64,000 bases of DNA from contig MU058584.1 in NCBI GenBank assembly GCA_013265495.1, forward strand, positions 5,276,508 to 5,340,507, in the 5' to 3' direction. The DNA is from Vicugna vicugna. Its lineage: Eukaryota. The position numbers and the translations under genes were made by a program. Below the pieces are notes generated by a model. The model worked only from the letters and a program-made list of their open reading frames with translations. It did no database searches and was not told the DNA's origin. Each line of letters begins with the position of its first letter. The first letter of the stretch is position 1. Shown here piece after piece: positions 24,660 to 39,529 of this stretch.

Positions 24660-26120
24660 TTGGAGGTTTCTCAACCAGTGGGTGGTTTCTAGCACCCCGA
24701 TTCTCTAAGTCAGCCATCTTCAAACTGGAGTAGGCATTAACATATGTAGTTTCCAGGAAGTACATGTTAGTGTGTAGTTTCAGCAGGATCGATTTCTAAA
24801 TTTTCAACTTCTGTTTAAACTCATTCCTAATTAATATGGGTGAGAACATGGCTGCTCATGCTGAGTTTTCCTTAACTACGAATTACTTTTGTCCAATATA
24901 ATGAAAGAAAAACTCACCTCTCATCTATTCTAAACTTACTTGAATGTATTGCCCTAGAGTGTAAATTGAAAAAAAAAAAAGGAGTATGGAGATTCCTCAA
25001 AAAACTAGGAAAAGACTTACTGTATGACACAGGAATCCCACTCCTGGGCATATATCCAGAAGGAACCCTACTGCAGGTTGACACCTGCACCCCAATGTTC
25101 ATAGCAGCACTATTTATAATAGCCAAGACATGGAGACAGCCTAAATGTCCATCAACGGATGACTGGATAAAGCAGTTGTGGTATATTTATACAATGGAAT
25201 ACTACTCAGCCATAATAACGCCATTCAACACAGATGCTCCTGGAAAATGTCATTCTAAGTGAAGTAAGCCAGAAAGAGAAAGAAAAATACCATATGAGAT
25301 TGCTCATATGTGGAATCTAAAACAAACAAACAAACAAACAAACAAAAAACATAAATACAAAACAGAAACAGACTCATAGACATAGCATGCAAACTTGTGG
25401 TTGCCAGGGGGGCAGAGGGTGGGAAGGGATAGATGGGATTTCGAGATTGTAGAATAGATAAACAAGATTGTACTGTATAGCACAGGGTAATATACACAAG
25501 ACCTTATAGTGACTCACAGAGAAAAAGATGTAACAATGAATATATATATATGTTCATGTATAACTGAGGAATTGTGCTCTACACTGGAATTTGACACAAC
25601 ATTGTGGAATCATTATAAATTGATTAAAAAAATTTTTAAAAAGTAGGAACATTAGCTTACACTAGCAGTAACCAATATTCATCCAAGAATGCATAAATAA
25701 ATTGAAAAAATAAAATAACCTCATCTGTTTCATCACAATATGCATTTATAATACAATTTTACTGTATTGAATATTTATCAAAATGTGTAATATACTTATA
25801 TTGTTTTGACCAGTGCTATAATAATACTATAGAGAATAATAATTCAATTTAAAATAGACTTTTAACACCTAGACCCTTATGCTAGTACATAAAACAAAAA
25901 TTTTAAATATATTTTAAGAGAGAGGGAATTATGATAATAATCAAAATATTTGAACCATAAAATTTTTTTATATTTAGATAAAGTTCTGTGGGGGGCAGTA
26001 AAATGAATATTTTATTTCAAGGAGGGAAAAACAATATAAAATTTCTGACCATTAAAAAAAAGTGTTCATGCAATTTTTGAATTTTTAATCACTATAATAT
26101 TAAACATCAAGTGATACAGT
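24660..26120. mobile_element. Probable hAT-Charlie DNA transposon remnant split by the L1 at 24983-25642
   Basis: ggtttctcaacc TIR-like start and an AT-rich body on both sides of the L1; family recalled, not verified. Confidence 0.45.
24983..25642 (+). mobile_element. Young 5'-truncated L1 (ORF2 C-terminus and 3'UTR)
   Basis: ORF 24966-25262 encodes VWRFLKKL..DLLYD..IPLLGIYP...CTPMFIAALFIIAKTWRQPKCPSTDDWIK.LWYIYTMEYYSAI; 3'UTR collinear with the copy at 4781. Confidence 0.97.
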
Positions 26121-26209
26121 GAAAAGAATGTTATAATAATTTTGTATTTCCTAAGATTTTTCCTTTGTTGAAAAGACGTTTTATTTTACTTCATTGAGGA
26201 TAATTATAA

Positions 26210-26950
26210 TGCCTATTTTTAAATTGTCACCTGTTAATTCCAACATCTATTTCATCTCAGAGGCTTATCTGCTTCATGTTCTTTTCTTTGGAGAATATTC
26301 TTCATTTCCTTGACCCTTCATGTGACAGGTGACTTTGAATTCTATGCTGGACATTATGAATGCCATATTGTGGAAAAACTGGATTCTGTTATTTTTCTCC
26401 AAAGAGAACATTTGTGTTAGCTGGTAGTCCTTTGGTGGGGCTTGAATTGCAACCTCTGCTTCCTCTGTGGCACCTCTAGCCTTTTTTCAGATCTTCTGTG
26501 TTTTTACTTGCTTACTCTGAGTCTGTCCTATCCATGCGTTGTTCAGGAGTCAGTCGGAGATGTGAGTAGATAGCATTTGGGGATCTGCTCTCCGGTCCTT
26601 TCCATTTCAGCATTTCTCCACTTTCTTGAGTATTTACAGTTTCCTAACTTCAACTTTTGCATTCTCCGGGCCTGAAAGATTGCATTTGTCATATGTGCTG
26701 TTGTCCCAGGCAGACTGTGCTTAGCCACAGGCTGAAAGCCCCAGAGACAGAAACTTATTTGTATAATCTAGTCTTCCCTCTCCAAGTGAGTGCTAACTTC
26801 CCACCAGAGTGGGTAGACTTCTGTTTGTTCTCCAGTACCCTCGGATAGTGCTTTTTGCTGTTAGGGTCAGATTTTGCAGTTATTTTCCACATGGATAGGA
26901 GAGTGGGCATCCAGTAGGGTCTCAGTCATCATGCCTGAAATCAGAACCCA
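26210..26950 (-). mobile_element. Ancient L1 (L1ME/HAL1-like) 5' region
   Basis: ttaattccaacatct...atgctggacattatgaatgccatattgtgga...ggattctgttattttt...; ends cagtcatcatgcctgaaatcagaa. Confidence 0.7.
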
Positions 26951-27102
26951 GTTGTGTTTTAAAATGTCAATCAGCATTTGTGATAAGCTATGAATGATAT
27001 CCTCTGCTATTACTAGCCTAATCAAAAAATTTAGACATCAATCGTATAATGTAAAAGGATATTCTTTTTTTTCTTTCTTTCTTTCAGGATTACTCTACGT
27101 GT

Positions 27103-27575
27103 GTTGTATCAGAAACCACTTCTGTGTAATTTCGGATCCTTTTAGCCTCACTTGACTCTTGCTCTAGCCTCCACTGTGGCCACCAGCTCTGCCTGGGTTC
27201 TGATTAATTTCATACAGGTAAAACCTCTCAGGACCTCACCTTGTGCCTATGCCGCATGCCTCTTGCCTCCCATCCTGTTGACCATGAGGCACGGGATGGT
27301 GCAGGACCCAACTTGGAGCCCACATATGTATGACCCAGGGTTTGGGGAAGTTAAGACCCTGTGGGTGAACGGACGGTAGATGGAAACCAGTGAATAAATT
27401 TTCTTTCTCCCCCAAGAATAACTATCCTAAGTTGCAGTTATCTAGGTTTGCAGAGTTGGTCCAGCAGAATCAAGCAAGCAGTCATACTTGGTAGAAGCCA
27501 ATTCAACAACGCACTATTGTGTTGGCTTTCCCTCCATCCCTGGCTCACATCCCTTTTCCCTCACTCCCTTTTCCC
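27103..27575 (+). mobile_element. ERVL LTR (LTR16-like)
   Basis: gaataaattttc...atcctaagttgcagtt...gccaattcaacaacgcactattgtgttggctttccctcc...ccctcactcc. Confidence 0.7.
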
Positions 27576-28294
27576 CAAGATGGCATATAATGTGGTAGTA
27601 CAGAAGCTTTGTTTTCTGGGGTAGCCAGGTTGAGAAAGAAGTACATGAACTTCACCTTTAGTCTTGTAGGCACAGAGTCAGTAACTTGCCCATCACATCT
27701 AATTTCTGCTCTTCTGAACTCTCCGTTACTCTGGCCTATGGCACCTCTGACCAGCCTAGACTCACCTTGCTCTGGAAACTCACTCAAATTTTAATGATCC
27801 ACTTTGCTCATCAGAAGAGATTTTATACTGACCTACGACTTTGGAGTAGACAATCTTCCAGGTCCAGAGCGATTAGAAGGACTACTTCCTAAAGAAATAG
27901 AGGAGGCTTGAACTGTGACTTGTCAAGTCTTTCTTTTTCCCCCTTTTCCAAAATGTTCCCCTTCTATCTTCCTTGTAAGACAAAGAATAAAGCATCTGTG
28001 GTAAGTGTACAAAAAAAAAAAAGGAAGGTGGTATTCAAGCTGCACATGTTCCATCAGTCAAGCTCTTTATAATACCTTAGCAATTTCCTGCTGTTGATCA
28101 TGTGAGTTTCAATAGCTGCATTCAGCGATCTTGTTGATGGGAAAAACCCAAACCAAGGAGTGAACAATGAAGAGAAGCAAATCGTGCTCCAATGTAAGGA
28201 GGATCTAATAATCAGTGCAGTTAAACAAGGAGAGCAGAGCGAATAACTGCCCTAGGGGATAGTAAAAGCCCTGTCTGGAAGTCCTAACACAGAC

Positions 28295-28461
28295 GTTACA
28301 GAACCATCTGTTCGGAATGCTTTGGGGCGATGAGACTCAAGCGTGAGCCCCCAGAGTTTCCGATTCAGTCACTGGAGGTAGCTTGAGATTTTGCATTTCT
28401 ACTAAGTGTCCAGGTAATGCTAACGATGCTAGCTGAAAGACCGTACTTTAAGAACAACAGT
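28295..28461. mobile_element. MER5A-type hAT DNA transposon
   Basis: ccccagagtttccgattcagt...tgagattttgcatttctactaagtgtccaggtaatgctaacgatgct...accgtactttaagaac. Confidence 0.85.
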
Positions 28462-28626
28462 GGGGATATTCTGGTATGATAACCCCTAAGCTGAGAGGCA
28501 GGAGAGTGTAGCAGTTAGCAGCACGAGCTGTAGAATCAGATTAGACCTAAGTTTGAGTTTCAGTTCATCTGTATCCTAGCTGTGAGTGTTCAGGCAGGCT
28601 GCTAACCCTGCTTCCTCATCTGTGTA

Positions 28627-30967
<2,341 letters not shown>

Positions 30968-32599
30968 TGTTTGGAAAATCAGCAGGACTTACCTCACTGG
31001 ATGATTGTAGGGAATAAATATATCAAAAGCAAATTAGCCATTAATACTGTTCCTTATCTGCAAGGAGCCATAACATACCCTCCCATCTGGTTATCATCAC
31101 TATAGGAATAAAGCGACTTTCCTTTCCAGGGTAAGAACACCTATTTCCAGAGCAGAAGCAGGGCCCCCATCCACAGCAATAATCTGTACATACCACATGT
31201 CAGGAAACCTAATTGGGCCCCATTTATTTTCCCTGTCTATCAGCATGTAAATAACACCTCATTTAAACCAACTTTTGGGGGTGGAAATGGCTTCCCCTGT
31301 GCTAACAAATTAAAATAATCACCTGTCTACTCAGAAAAATCGATACTGACCACAACGGAGGAATCACTATAACCAAATGGGTTTTCTAAAAATAAAAAAC
31401 AAAGTGCTATTCAGGATACCGCACAGAAACCAAATTTTCCCTTGAAGAGAAAAGTCCAATGAAGTCATTCTCCTTTTGATGTTACCGGGCATTCCAGGCA
31501 GTTCTGGGAGCCTAAAAGCCTCTCCTCTGACTATAAAGGGAAACCTCAACAAATGAGATTATTCAATTACACCCTCCAAGTGCGTTTGCCCACTCAGCCT
31601 CCGTGCCAGTCTTTCCAAGCAGGAGAAGTGAATTTGTGATTCACGTCTCACACCGGTCTCTCATCAACCAAGTGTATGCAGTCCCCTAGGGACCCCACAA
31701 AACAGCCATTTCACTCGCATTCCAGCCTTCATAACAAGAGCATTTGGATGGGAAAGGCCTCAAGAGACAAAGAAGACAAAAATAGAGAGCAAAAAAAAAA
31801 AAAAAAAGCTGGCTCTAAAAGAAATAAGATCACCAAGCAACTACAGGCCACCTCTTGTCCCCACAGTTTCTTGGGAAGACACGAACTGGAAGTCCCCTCT
31901 TCCATGAACCCTCCCCATTCCCGGGGGTTCAGGCAGCTGAGGGAAGCCCTCGCCCAGACAATGTCTCTATGGAGATGGAGAAGGTTGTGGGAACTATGAA
32001 TGCCCGAGAGACAGAGCCCTACCCCTTGTGAAGGCAGTTCAGCCCGGAGCAGGGAGAGCTGGCATCCGTTTAGCCAACCCTGAGCAGTAACCATTTGTCA
32101 GACATGATGACAGGCACCTGGGGCAGAAGCCAGCACGACACCTGGCTCTGCCTTCAAGCAGGCCGGTCAGTATGGAAGTGCGGAGCACATTTGGTTCCTA
32201 GGGGCGTGAAGCCATTGTGTGTGTGTTTTTAGGAGAAGATCCAGGGGAGCCTGAGAGTAGTCCTACAGGGCTCTCACACTGATTTCCACACAATAGGGTG
32301 AACACAGAAGGAGCAACCGCCCCAGGTCCTCCCTCAGAACCTTGGGGAACCACAGCTAGCTGAAGCATCCTCTTCCGGAGACACCTCCAGGGCAGCGAAC
32401 CTAACCCCCGCACATCCTAGGGAACCCATCACCTGAGAAATAGCATGAAAGGGGTAAGCAAATCTGGATCTTTTATAACCTGTGGGTATTTCCACTTCAC
32501 AAAGTGGAACTCGGAGGTCAGGGCAGCAGAAGAGTACAGTAGCTCACATTTGTTTAATGCTGTGGACTTTACCAGAAGCCTTCCATGCCCAGTTGAAGA

Positions 32600-32770
32600 A
32601 GTATTTACGACAAACCTAACAGAAGTCAAGCAGTGTGCTAGGCACTTTCGGAGCTGCTGCTTTGTTGTGATTTTGATATCCATCCTGTTAGCTAATTATT
32701 ATGATCAGGAAGCGAGTCAGAGAAATTATGAGTTTGGTCCAAATTCAAACACCTGAAGAGTTAGCAGAAT
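32600..32770 (-). mobile_element. MIR SINE (degraded)
   Basis: agcagtgtgctaggcacttt...gatcaggaagcgagtcagagaaatta. Confidence 0.55.
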
Positions 32771-32907
32771 TAAACTTTCTATTAAATCTCCTATATTCAT
32801 TATGTTGCCTCAGGCACCCTCGAAGGGGAACCTCGTTAAGGTCAGTGTCATTAACAATCTGAGTCTCAAAGTGCAACCTAAAGGGACAGCGAGGGGAATT
32901 AGCATCA

Positions 32908-33450
32908 GCTGAGTACCTCCTGTGTGCTGAGCCCTTTCATACACTACCTGTTAGTGGGCTGAATTGTGTCCCCCTCAGATTCACACATTGATGGCCGAAC
33001 TCCCGGAATTCTTCAGAAAGCGACTGTATTTGTAGAGAGCCTTTACAGAGGTAATTACGGTAAGATGAGGTCATATGGGCAGACTCTTACACAACTAGTG
33101 CCCTCATAAAAAGAGGTTAGTGCACAGACTGATGAGCAACCATCTGCAATCCAAGGGAAGAGGCCTTAAGAACCCAGCCCTGCTACCACCTTGCTTTCAG
33201 ACCTCTAGCCTCCAGAACTGTGAGGAAAATACATTTCTGTTGTTGAAGCCACCCTGCCTGGGCTGTTTTGTCACGGCAGCCCTAGCGAACTCATACACCG
33301 CCTCATTTTATTTTTATAATATTGCTGTAAAAGTGAGTATAATATTCATTTTCAAGGTGATGAATCAGAGGCTTAGAAAGGTAAAGTAACTTGAGAGAGG
33401 TCACACAGCCAGCAAGTGATGGAGCCAAAGTCTGCGTGATTCTGAATTCT
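32908..33450 (-). mobile_element. MIR SINE split by an MLT1 LTR
   Basis: ctgagtacctcctgtgtgc...ctttcatacacta | tcatttta...cattttcaaggtgatgaatcagaggcttagaaaggtaaagtaacttg...aggtcacacagccagcaagtg. Confidence 0.85.
32949..33297 (+). mobile_element. MLT1B/C-like MaLR solo LTR
   Basis: TG...CA ends: tgttagtgggctgaattgtgtcccc ... ggcagccctagcgaactcataca; degenerate 5-bp TSD ctacc/ccgcc. Confidence 0.95.
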
Positions 33451-34979
33451 CTTTTTACTTCCCCCCTGGCCTCTCAGGTCACTCTCAGCTCTCACCTGGA
33501 ACTTCCCTTGTGCCCTGTTCCACGGCACCAGGCTTGGAAATTCCATGAGGACAAAAAGCATTAACGGAGAGCATCACACAGAGACCTGTGCCCGGGATGT
33601 CAGAGGCACAAGACTGAGTGGGGCTGCTGGAGTCAGATGAGGTCTCCATGACAACTGTGATATTTGTAGAAAAGCAAGGAGGAGACCAGCGTCCCTCTTT
33701 GAACCACAAGGCTTTTAAGCCCATGGAAATTCTCACACTTTTTTTTTAGCAGAGGAGAATTTACCACATTTTCTGGGTTCAGAGGACACAAAGACTGATA
33801 ATGGATTTTCAGCTGGAAAATCTCCCAGAGAACTCTTTGCATATCTGTACGCCACCTTGTCAACGTTAGTGGAGTGGGTAAAAATGCTTAGTCTGCAAAC
33901 TACACGATTCAAATGTGCAACAACAAAAAAGAAAGAAAGAAAGAAAGAACATTCTTTACTCTTCTGCGACTCAACTTCTGTTTCATGCACCAGTTCGGCC
34001 TGTTGGCAGAAACCTCCATCTAGTCCCTTGAGGGAAAAACAGTCACTTCAAGTTCAAGCAGAGTCATTTCCACATTCCCTCCGCCACCTTCCTCACCCCT
34101 AAATGGCAGCTGTCCTTGCTTCCATCATTCCATCATGGGGCCTGTCCTCACTGGCACTTGCTGTAAAGTCTGACTCCATCTGGTTTTCAGCCCTTGGCCC
34201 ACAAGGGGAATGTTCCCCCTCCTCCAGGTCTCAAGGAACACAGGCCATCAGAGTCCCACTCCAGAGGCTATTCGGGCCCTTCCTCCTGATGGACCATCCA
34301 AGCAGGAGGAGAGGCTGAAATGCTGCATCAGGCCCATCTCCTGTGACACTGGGCGGCCCTCTCTCTCCCTCTACTCCCCTGCTGTGGCATGGTGGCTGCT
34401 TCCTACAGCAAAAGGCTGCCGTGACTCTCAGAATTCCAGCCCCAGCACTGTCTCAGCCCAGAGTGGGAAGGCCGGCACAGAGCCCTTTTCCAGGGACACT
34501 GACCTTGCCTCTGAGGTCTCCTGCTCCCTGTCTCACTGCCCTCTCTCCTTTACTCGCCTCCGGTGCTGGGGCCAGGGCCCCTGGTGGCTCAATGCGTCCC
34601 TTAACAGTCTGCTGTTTTTGAGCTGTTTATTAAGTGAGTCGACTCTTGCAAATTAAAACCTTGGTTTTTAAGACCACTCTTTCTGTCTTAAGTTTTAAGA
34701 ATGTCTAAGCCTCTGATGTCTTGCCTCAAAAAATGGACATAAATGTGCCTACTTTGACAGGGGAATTATTATAAGAACGAAGTGAGCCCATTTTGGAACA
34801 CAAAAGTCAAGAATATGACTCTCTCCTATCTCTATTTTGTGAAATCCGGGCTCTGCATAATCACACTATTAAATGAAGAGAGGTAAGTCCAGGGAGAGCA
34901 AGAAACCGCACAGGGAGAAAAATGCTCAGTTTTTTTCTTCTAAATCTTACCACTGCCAGACTGTATCTTTTTAACATAT

Positions 34980-34996
34980 TATATATATATATATAT
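34980..34996. repeat. (TA)n microsatellite
   Basis: Direct reading. Confidence 0.95.
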
Positions 34997-35299
34997 CACA
35001 TACAGTTCATATAATTATTTATTATAATAATATAACACCACACGTATTATATGCATTATATGTCTCGGTCACTCGTGATTGGGAGAGTGTTTCCCGCCCT
35101 GCTCGCCTGCTGGACCAGACGCTTCCACAGAGAGCGAGACCCGTTCGACAGAGTTGCACACTCTGCCCAGCAGCACACACAGCTGTCTCCCTCGCTTGGT
35201 TCCATTTCTGTTCACAGTTCACCTCCCCAGTGAGGTCGTCCCTGGCCCCGTCTCCCAACAGTGCACAGGGGGCCGTGGGAAGCTGGCGGACTAACCCAG

Positions 35300-36625
35300 A
35301 CTGAGGACGGGAAGGGTGGCATTTGTGCGGAGTCATGAAAACAGGCAATGGTTGGCCCCACCAAGGGATGCGGGAAGGGCATTCTAGCGAGGTGAAGCAC
35401 GCATGCAAAAGCCCAGTGGGGAGAGGATGGGAGATGGAGGAAGCGCAGTAGTCGGGGAGCCTGGGGTGCAAGGGAGGCCGTGGAGGAGCTGGGCTCTTGG
35501 CGGCGTGGCTGTCTGTCTGTCCTGTGTGATGGTGACTCACAGACTTTCAGACCTGAAGCAAATGAAACGCTGCAGGCCCTGATGACCCCAGTTTCTCCCT
35601 GCTCAGCCCCTTCTCTGCCCATGATTCCCAGAAGGCAGAGGAGAGAAAGGTGGTGGGGGTGGCCCGTGGTGGCGGGCGGCAGGGGCAGCACAGGGCTCTC
35701 CCTAAAGGGCACAGGGCTCCAGGGAAGCCAGCCCCGGGAGGCCTACTGCTCTGCTGTATCAGGATTTCTCCCTTTGTGTTGTGGTCTTATCGGCATTCCC
35801 TGTTGTGAGCAGGCCTGTTGAAACAAAAAGCTCCATCTCACTTTGCTTAAACCTTCAGTTCCTCATCCAGAGTCAGACTCACAGAGACAGGGTGAAATGC
35901 ATGTTTGCTCACTCATTCATCGGAGCAGGCAGTGGACTCGGAGCTGAAGGCACTAGGAGCAAAGATGAAGACAAGATCTCCATCCTCAAGAAATCTGCAT
36001 CCTAATGAGAGACATAGACGGACACACGTGGACAAATAATTATAGATCAGTATTAAGGTCATGACAAATAAACAAGGTAGTTTGATCAGTTTCAGCAGAG
36101 GGATCCTGCTTTAGGGGAGACACAGGAGAAGGGATGAATGAAAGAATCAATGGATGATGAGATTACAAACACAAGCTGAGACCAGAAAGCAGGCTGGTCA
36201 TGGTCTCCCTAGATCTGGGGAGAGTCTGTCACCTCAGACTTCAGCCAGCTTAAGCCTGACACTGTATGCCGGTGACAGTGCAGATTAATTTACCTAAAGG
36301 TCGCTTTTCCAGTTGCTTCTCTTTGAGGTGAGTGAGAAGATTGTGGACAATCCTGTCAGAATAAAATGCAGCCATTCCTGAGAGACCAGTATATCCAAGC
36401 CCCGGGGCTGTCCTTGGGGACACCATTAACAGTACTGTGGAGCGCACATCGGAGCCCGGAGCCCCGGGAGGCACGGGTATAAACACGGAGCGGTGACACA
36501 CTGGCAGAAGTGCAGTAACAGGGCGGGTGCTGGGGACACAGAAGTGGAGGACAGGCAAGTTACTTGTATGGGGTGGACAGGGTGGGAACAGCAGGGCAGG
36601 CAGAGAAAGCTTCCAGGATCTACTT
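35300..36625 (-). mobile_element. Several degraded, GC-enriched L2 fragments
   Basis: gggaagggcattctagcgaggtgaagcacgcatgcaaaagccc; ctcactcattcat...ccatcctcaagaaatctgcatcctaatgagagac; ggtgctggggacacaga...ggcagagaaagcttccagga. Confidence 0.55.
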
Positions 36626-38501
36626 CCGGTGGGGCTTGATGGGAAGATTAACAAAAGGGGAGGGAGCAGGAATGCGTCAAGCAGAGGGAAAAAAAGAAAA
36701 AAAAGAAAAGGAAAAAGGCCAGAAAGGGTGAATACAGTGTGAGGGACGTCCAGGTGCATTGTGGTGGGGGAGGGAGAGGACGGGTCTGCAGGAAGAGGCT
36801 AAGGCCAACCTTAACTGTCTGGGGCTCACCCTGGGATTCTAGAAGGCAGCTCACAAAAGATGGAGAAACTCATGTTCAAATTCAGATACAGATTCTAGAA
36901 GAAATGCCCAGTAAAATTCCCTGCCATGGAGGGCGGGAGACAGGACCGAGGGGCAGCCCTTATCACCAAGGGTGTTCTAGCCTTAAGGAATACAATCCCC
37001 TGAGAGGAGAAACCTGGGAATCTAAAGAAAAGAAGTAAGGAAATGGGGCTGATTTCTGGCTCATCCAGACCAACCAGAGAGGAGCGCCTTCCTGAGTTCC
37101 TGCCGCAGGTGCTGCCGGGCTGCCAAGCGGGGACAGCATCCTCAGGGCAGCTGCATGCTGGAAGGGAGGGCTCCTCCGTGAAGCCCCTCTGCTCCTCCTC
37201 CCACGGAATCTACGGAACGCGCCGCACCTGCTGGTACCAGCTGCAGGGGACCGCCGAACGGAGCCCTTCTGTCAGCGACGGCACTTCCTGGGCCTGCAAA
37301 GACCCCAGCCCGCACTCAGTGGGCATGACATCTGGGCTCCCCAGGCAGGGAGAGATTGCCTCGAGTTGTCCTTCCAGGGCTGCTGGGCCTCCCTGGGAGA
37401 AGTTCCAAAATGCCAGGCCTCCCGCCACCCTGAGCAGGAAATAAAAGCAGGTATAGAACAAATGCAAGATTATTTCCTGAAAATAAGTAAGAGCCAACAT
37501 GCAGTGAGTGCTCACTCTGTGCCAGAGCGCAAGTCTATCCGTACACATAGAAGTATAAGTGCTTCGGCACTAGTTTGTTCGATTATATTGAACAGACGAG
37601 ACCAACTTTGATTCTCAGTTTCACCCAAGGCACAGTGGGCTGGACTCTCAGATGGAATCCTGCCTTCTGGGTGTCTGTGCATGAGGGATGTCGAGGGAAA
37701 GCCTCCATTCCCATATGCTTAAGGTCCCACATCTGTAAGATGTGTTCACTGCTTTCTTAAAAAATCTCGAGTCTGACCAGTGAGGACACAGACCCCGCCT
37801 GGCAGGTCGAGTGAGCGCTCGGGAACACGTCTGGGGAAGGGTCTTTGCAGCAGTGCACACCTGATTCGAATTAGCTGCTCACCAGCTCGCCCACACACGG
37901 GTCACCAGGAAGACAGCGAGCAGGTGTGCACAAGGACACTGCCCTGCCCTGCCTGGCGCCTTGGGATCTTTGAACTACTTCCTGGTGGAATTTCCTGTGT
38001 CATAAATCTGCACCCGCCCTCCCCCATGTCTTGCAACTATGCACGTCCTCCCAGCCCAGCTTTAGAGTTTGTCTCTGACCTCCTCAGGTGTCTCCTGAGC
38101 TGTCATTTCTGATCAGGACTCTGATCTGGAGTTCAGCGCCCTGGCTTCCAGCTCCAATAATGCTCCAGCACCTCTTTGGAATGGGCTGGGTGGAGCTGGG
38201 AGTAGAGTGGGTCAGAAGCAAGGGGATGAGGAAATAAAATATGGAGGAAGAAGAAAGAGGAGACAAAAATAAGAATGCAGAAGAGCAGCAAAGAGAAGAG
38301 GAAGAGGAAAGATGCTTCAGCAGCAGAAAGATGAAGAGGAGCGTGGGGAGAGGGAAGAAGGCTGCAGGGGGAGTGTGAGCCGGGGAGGCCCAGCTCAGCA
38401 CTGGACCAAAGACCACAGGGCCGGGAACCAAGGAAAAGATAAGGTGGAGACAGATGCCTGCCAGGTAGAGACTATCACAGAAATCTGTTCTTGTCCTGGG
38501 C

Positions 38502-38960
38502 TAGTGGCCCTCAAGTTTTAGTGTGAACAAAAATCACTTGGGATGCTTGTTCCAACATGGGTGTTGGAGGGAGAGGGTTGGAAGGGATAAATTGGAAGTT
38601 TGAGATTAGCAGATACTAACTAGCATATATAAAATAGACAAGTTTCTACTGCACAGCGCAGGAAACTATTCAATATCTTGTAGTAACCTACAGTGAGAAA
38701 GAATATGAAAAAGAATATATGTATTATATGTATAATTGAAGCATTATGCTGTACCCCAGAAACTGACACAACATTGTAAACTGACTATACTTCAATAACA
38801 AACAAACAACAAACAAAAAAAACCACGACCCAGAAGGGTAGTTCCTACTTCAGGGTTTGGATTCCTTAGGTCTGGGTGGGGTCCTGGAAGTCTGTTTTGT
38901 TGGTTTTTCGTTTTTTATCAAGCAGCCGAGGAGCTTCTGATAAAGATGTTGGGAAATGTT
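38502..38960. mobile_element. MER5-type hAT element split by an L1 3' end
   Basis: agtggccctcaagttttagtgtgaacaaaaatcacttgggatgcttgtt | gattccttaggtctgggtggggtcctggaagtctg...ttctgat...ttgggaaatgttg. Confidence 0.8.
38560..38823 (+). mobile_element. Short L1 3'UTR with A-rich tail
   Basis: ggaagggataaattggaagtttgagattagcagatac...tgctgtaccccagaaactgacacaacattgtaaactgactatacttcaataa(caaa)n. Confidence 0.95.
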
Positions 38961-39529
38961 GTCCCCCTTGGTTAGGAAGGCACCTGGTGATGCAGCTAAC
39001 TCTAAGGCAATTACCCTCAGGATTTGACGTTTTAGATGTTCAGCTTTGGAACTCAACTGCCGTAGACCATGCACGCGAAAGCCGGGCTCCGGTGGTGGGC
39101 TGAGTTCTGCTCTTCAAGTACCTTCATGAATCCAGGGGGCCAGCAGGTGTTCCCTGAATAGCAGGATTCTTACCCACGGTGTGGGAGGTTAAGTTAGACC
39201 ATCTCCGAGAACCCTTCCACCCGGAAGAACTCTTCTGTTCTCCTGAAATGTGATACCCATCTTGGTTGAGCTACCTAGGTTCTGTTTTCAGAAACCAAAA
39301 ACTCACCGCAAATTCCTTTCTCCTCTAGCCATAGGTGTTAGACAATAGAAGTGCTTTGCCTGCTTAAAGATATGTTTTAAGAACTGATTTTGTACTTTAT
39401 GACCTACTTAAAGCTGATGTCAGTATGTTAAATTAAATGTGTAATATTTTAATCACACCTTTCCATTTGAGTATCTCTAATTCCTTACAAAGAAGATTAT
39501 TTGTATTTTAAAGTATATATAAAGTATAG

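Noticed and set aside
35022..35821. Overlapping 113-172 aa ORFs in the GC-rich region
   Set aside because: Explained by stop-codon depletion at high GC; Pro/Gly/Arg-rich peptides overlapping L2 remnants.
36476..36484. TATA-box promoter (ggtataaac)
   Set aside because: Single weak match inside L2-like sequence with no downstream gene structure.
38225..38380. Glu/Lys/Arg-rich coding or pseudogene fragment (MEEEERGDKNKNAEEQQREEEEER...)
   Set aside because: GA-rich low-complexity sequence, under 50 codons, no splice context or family match.
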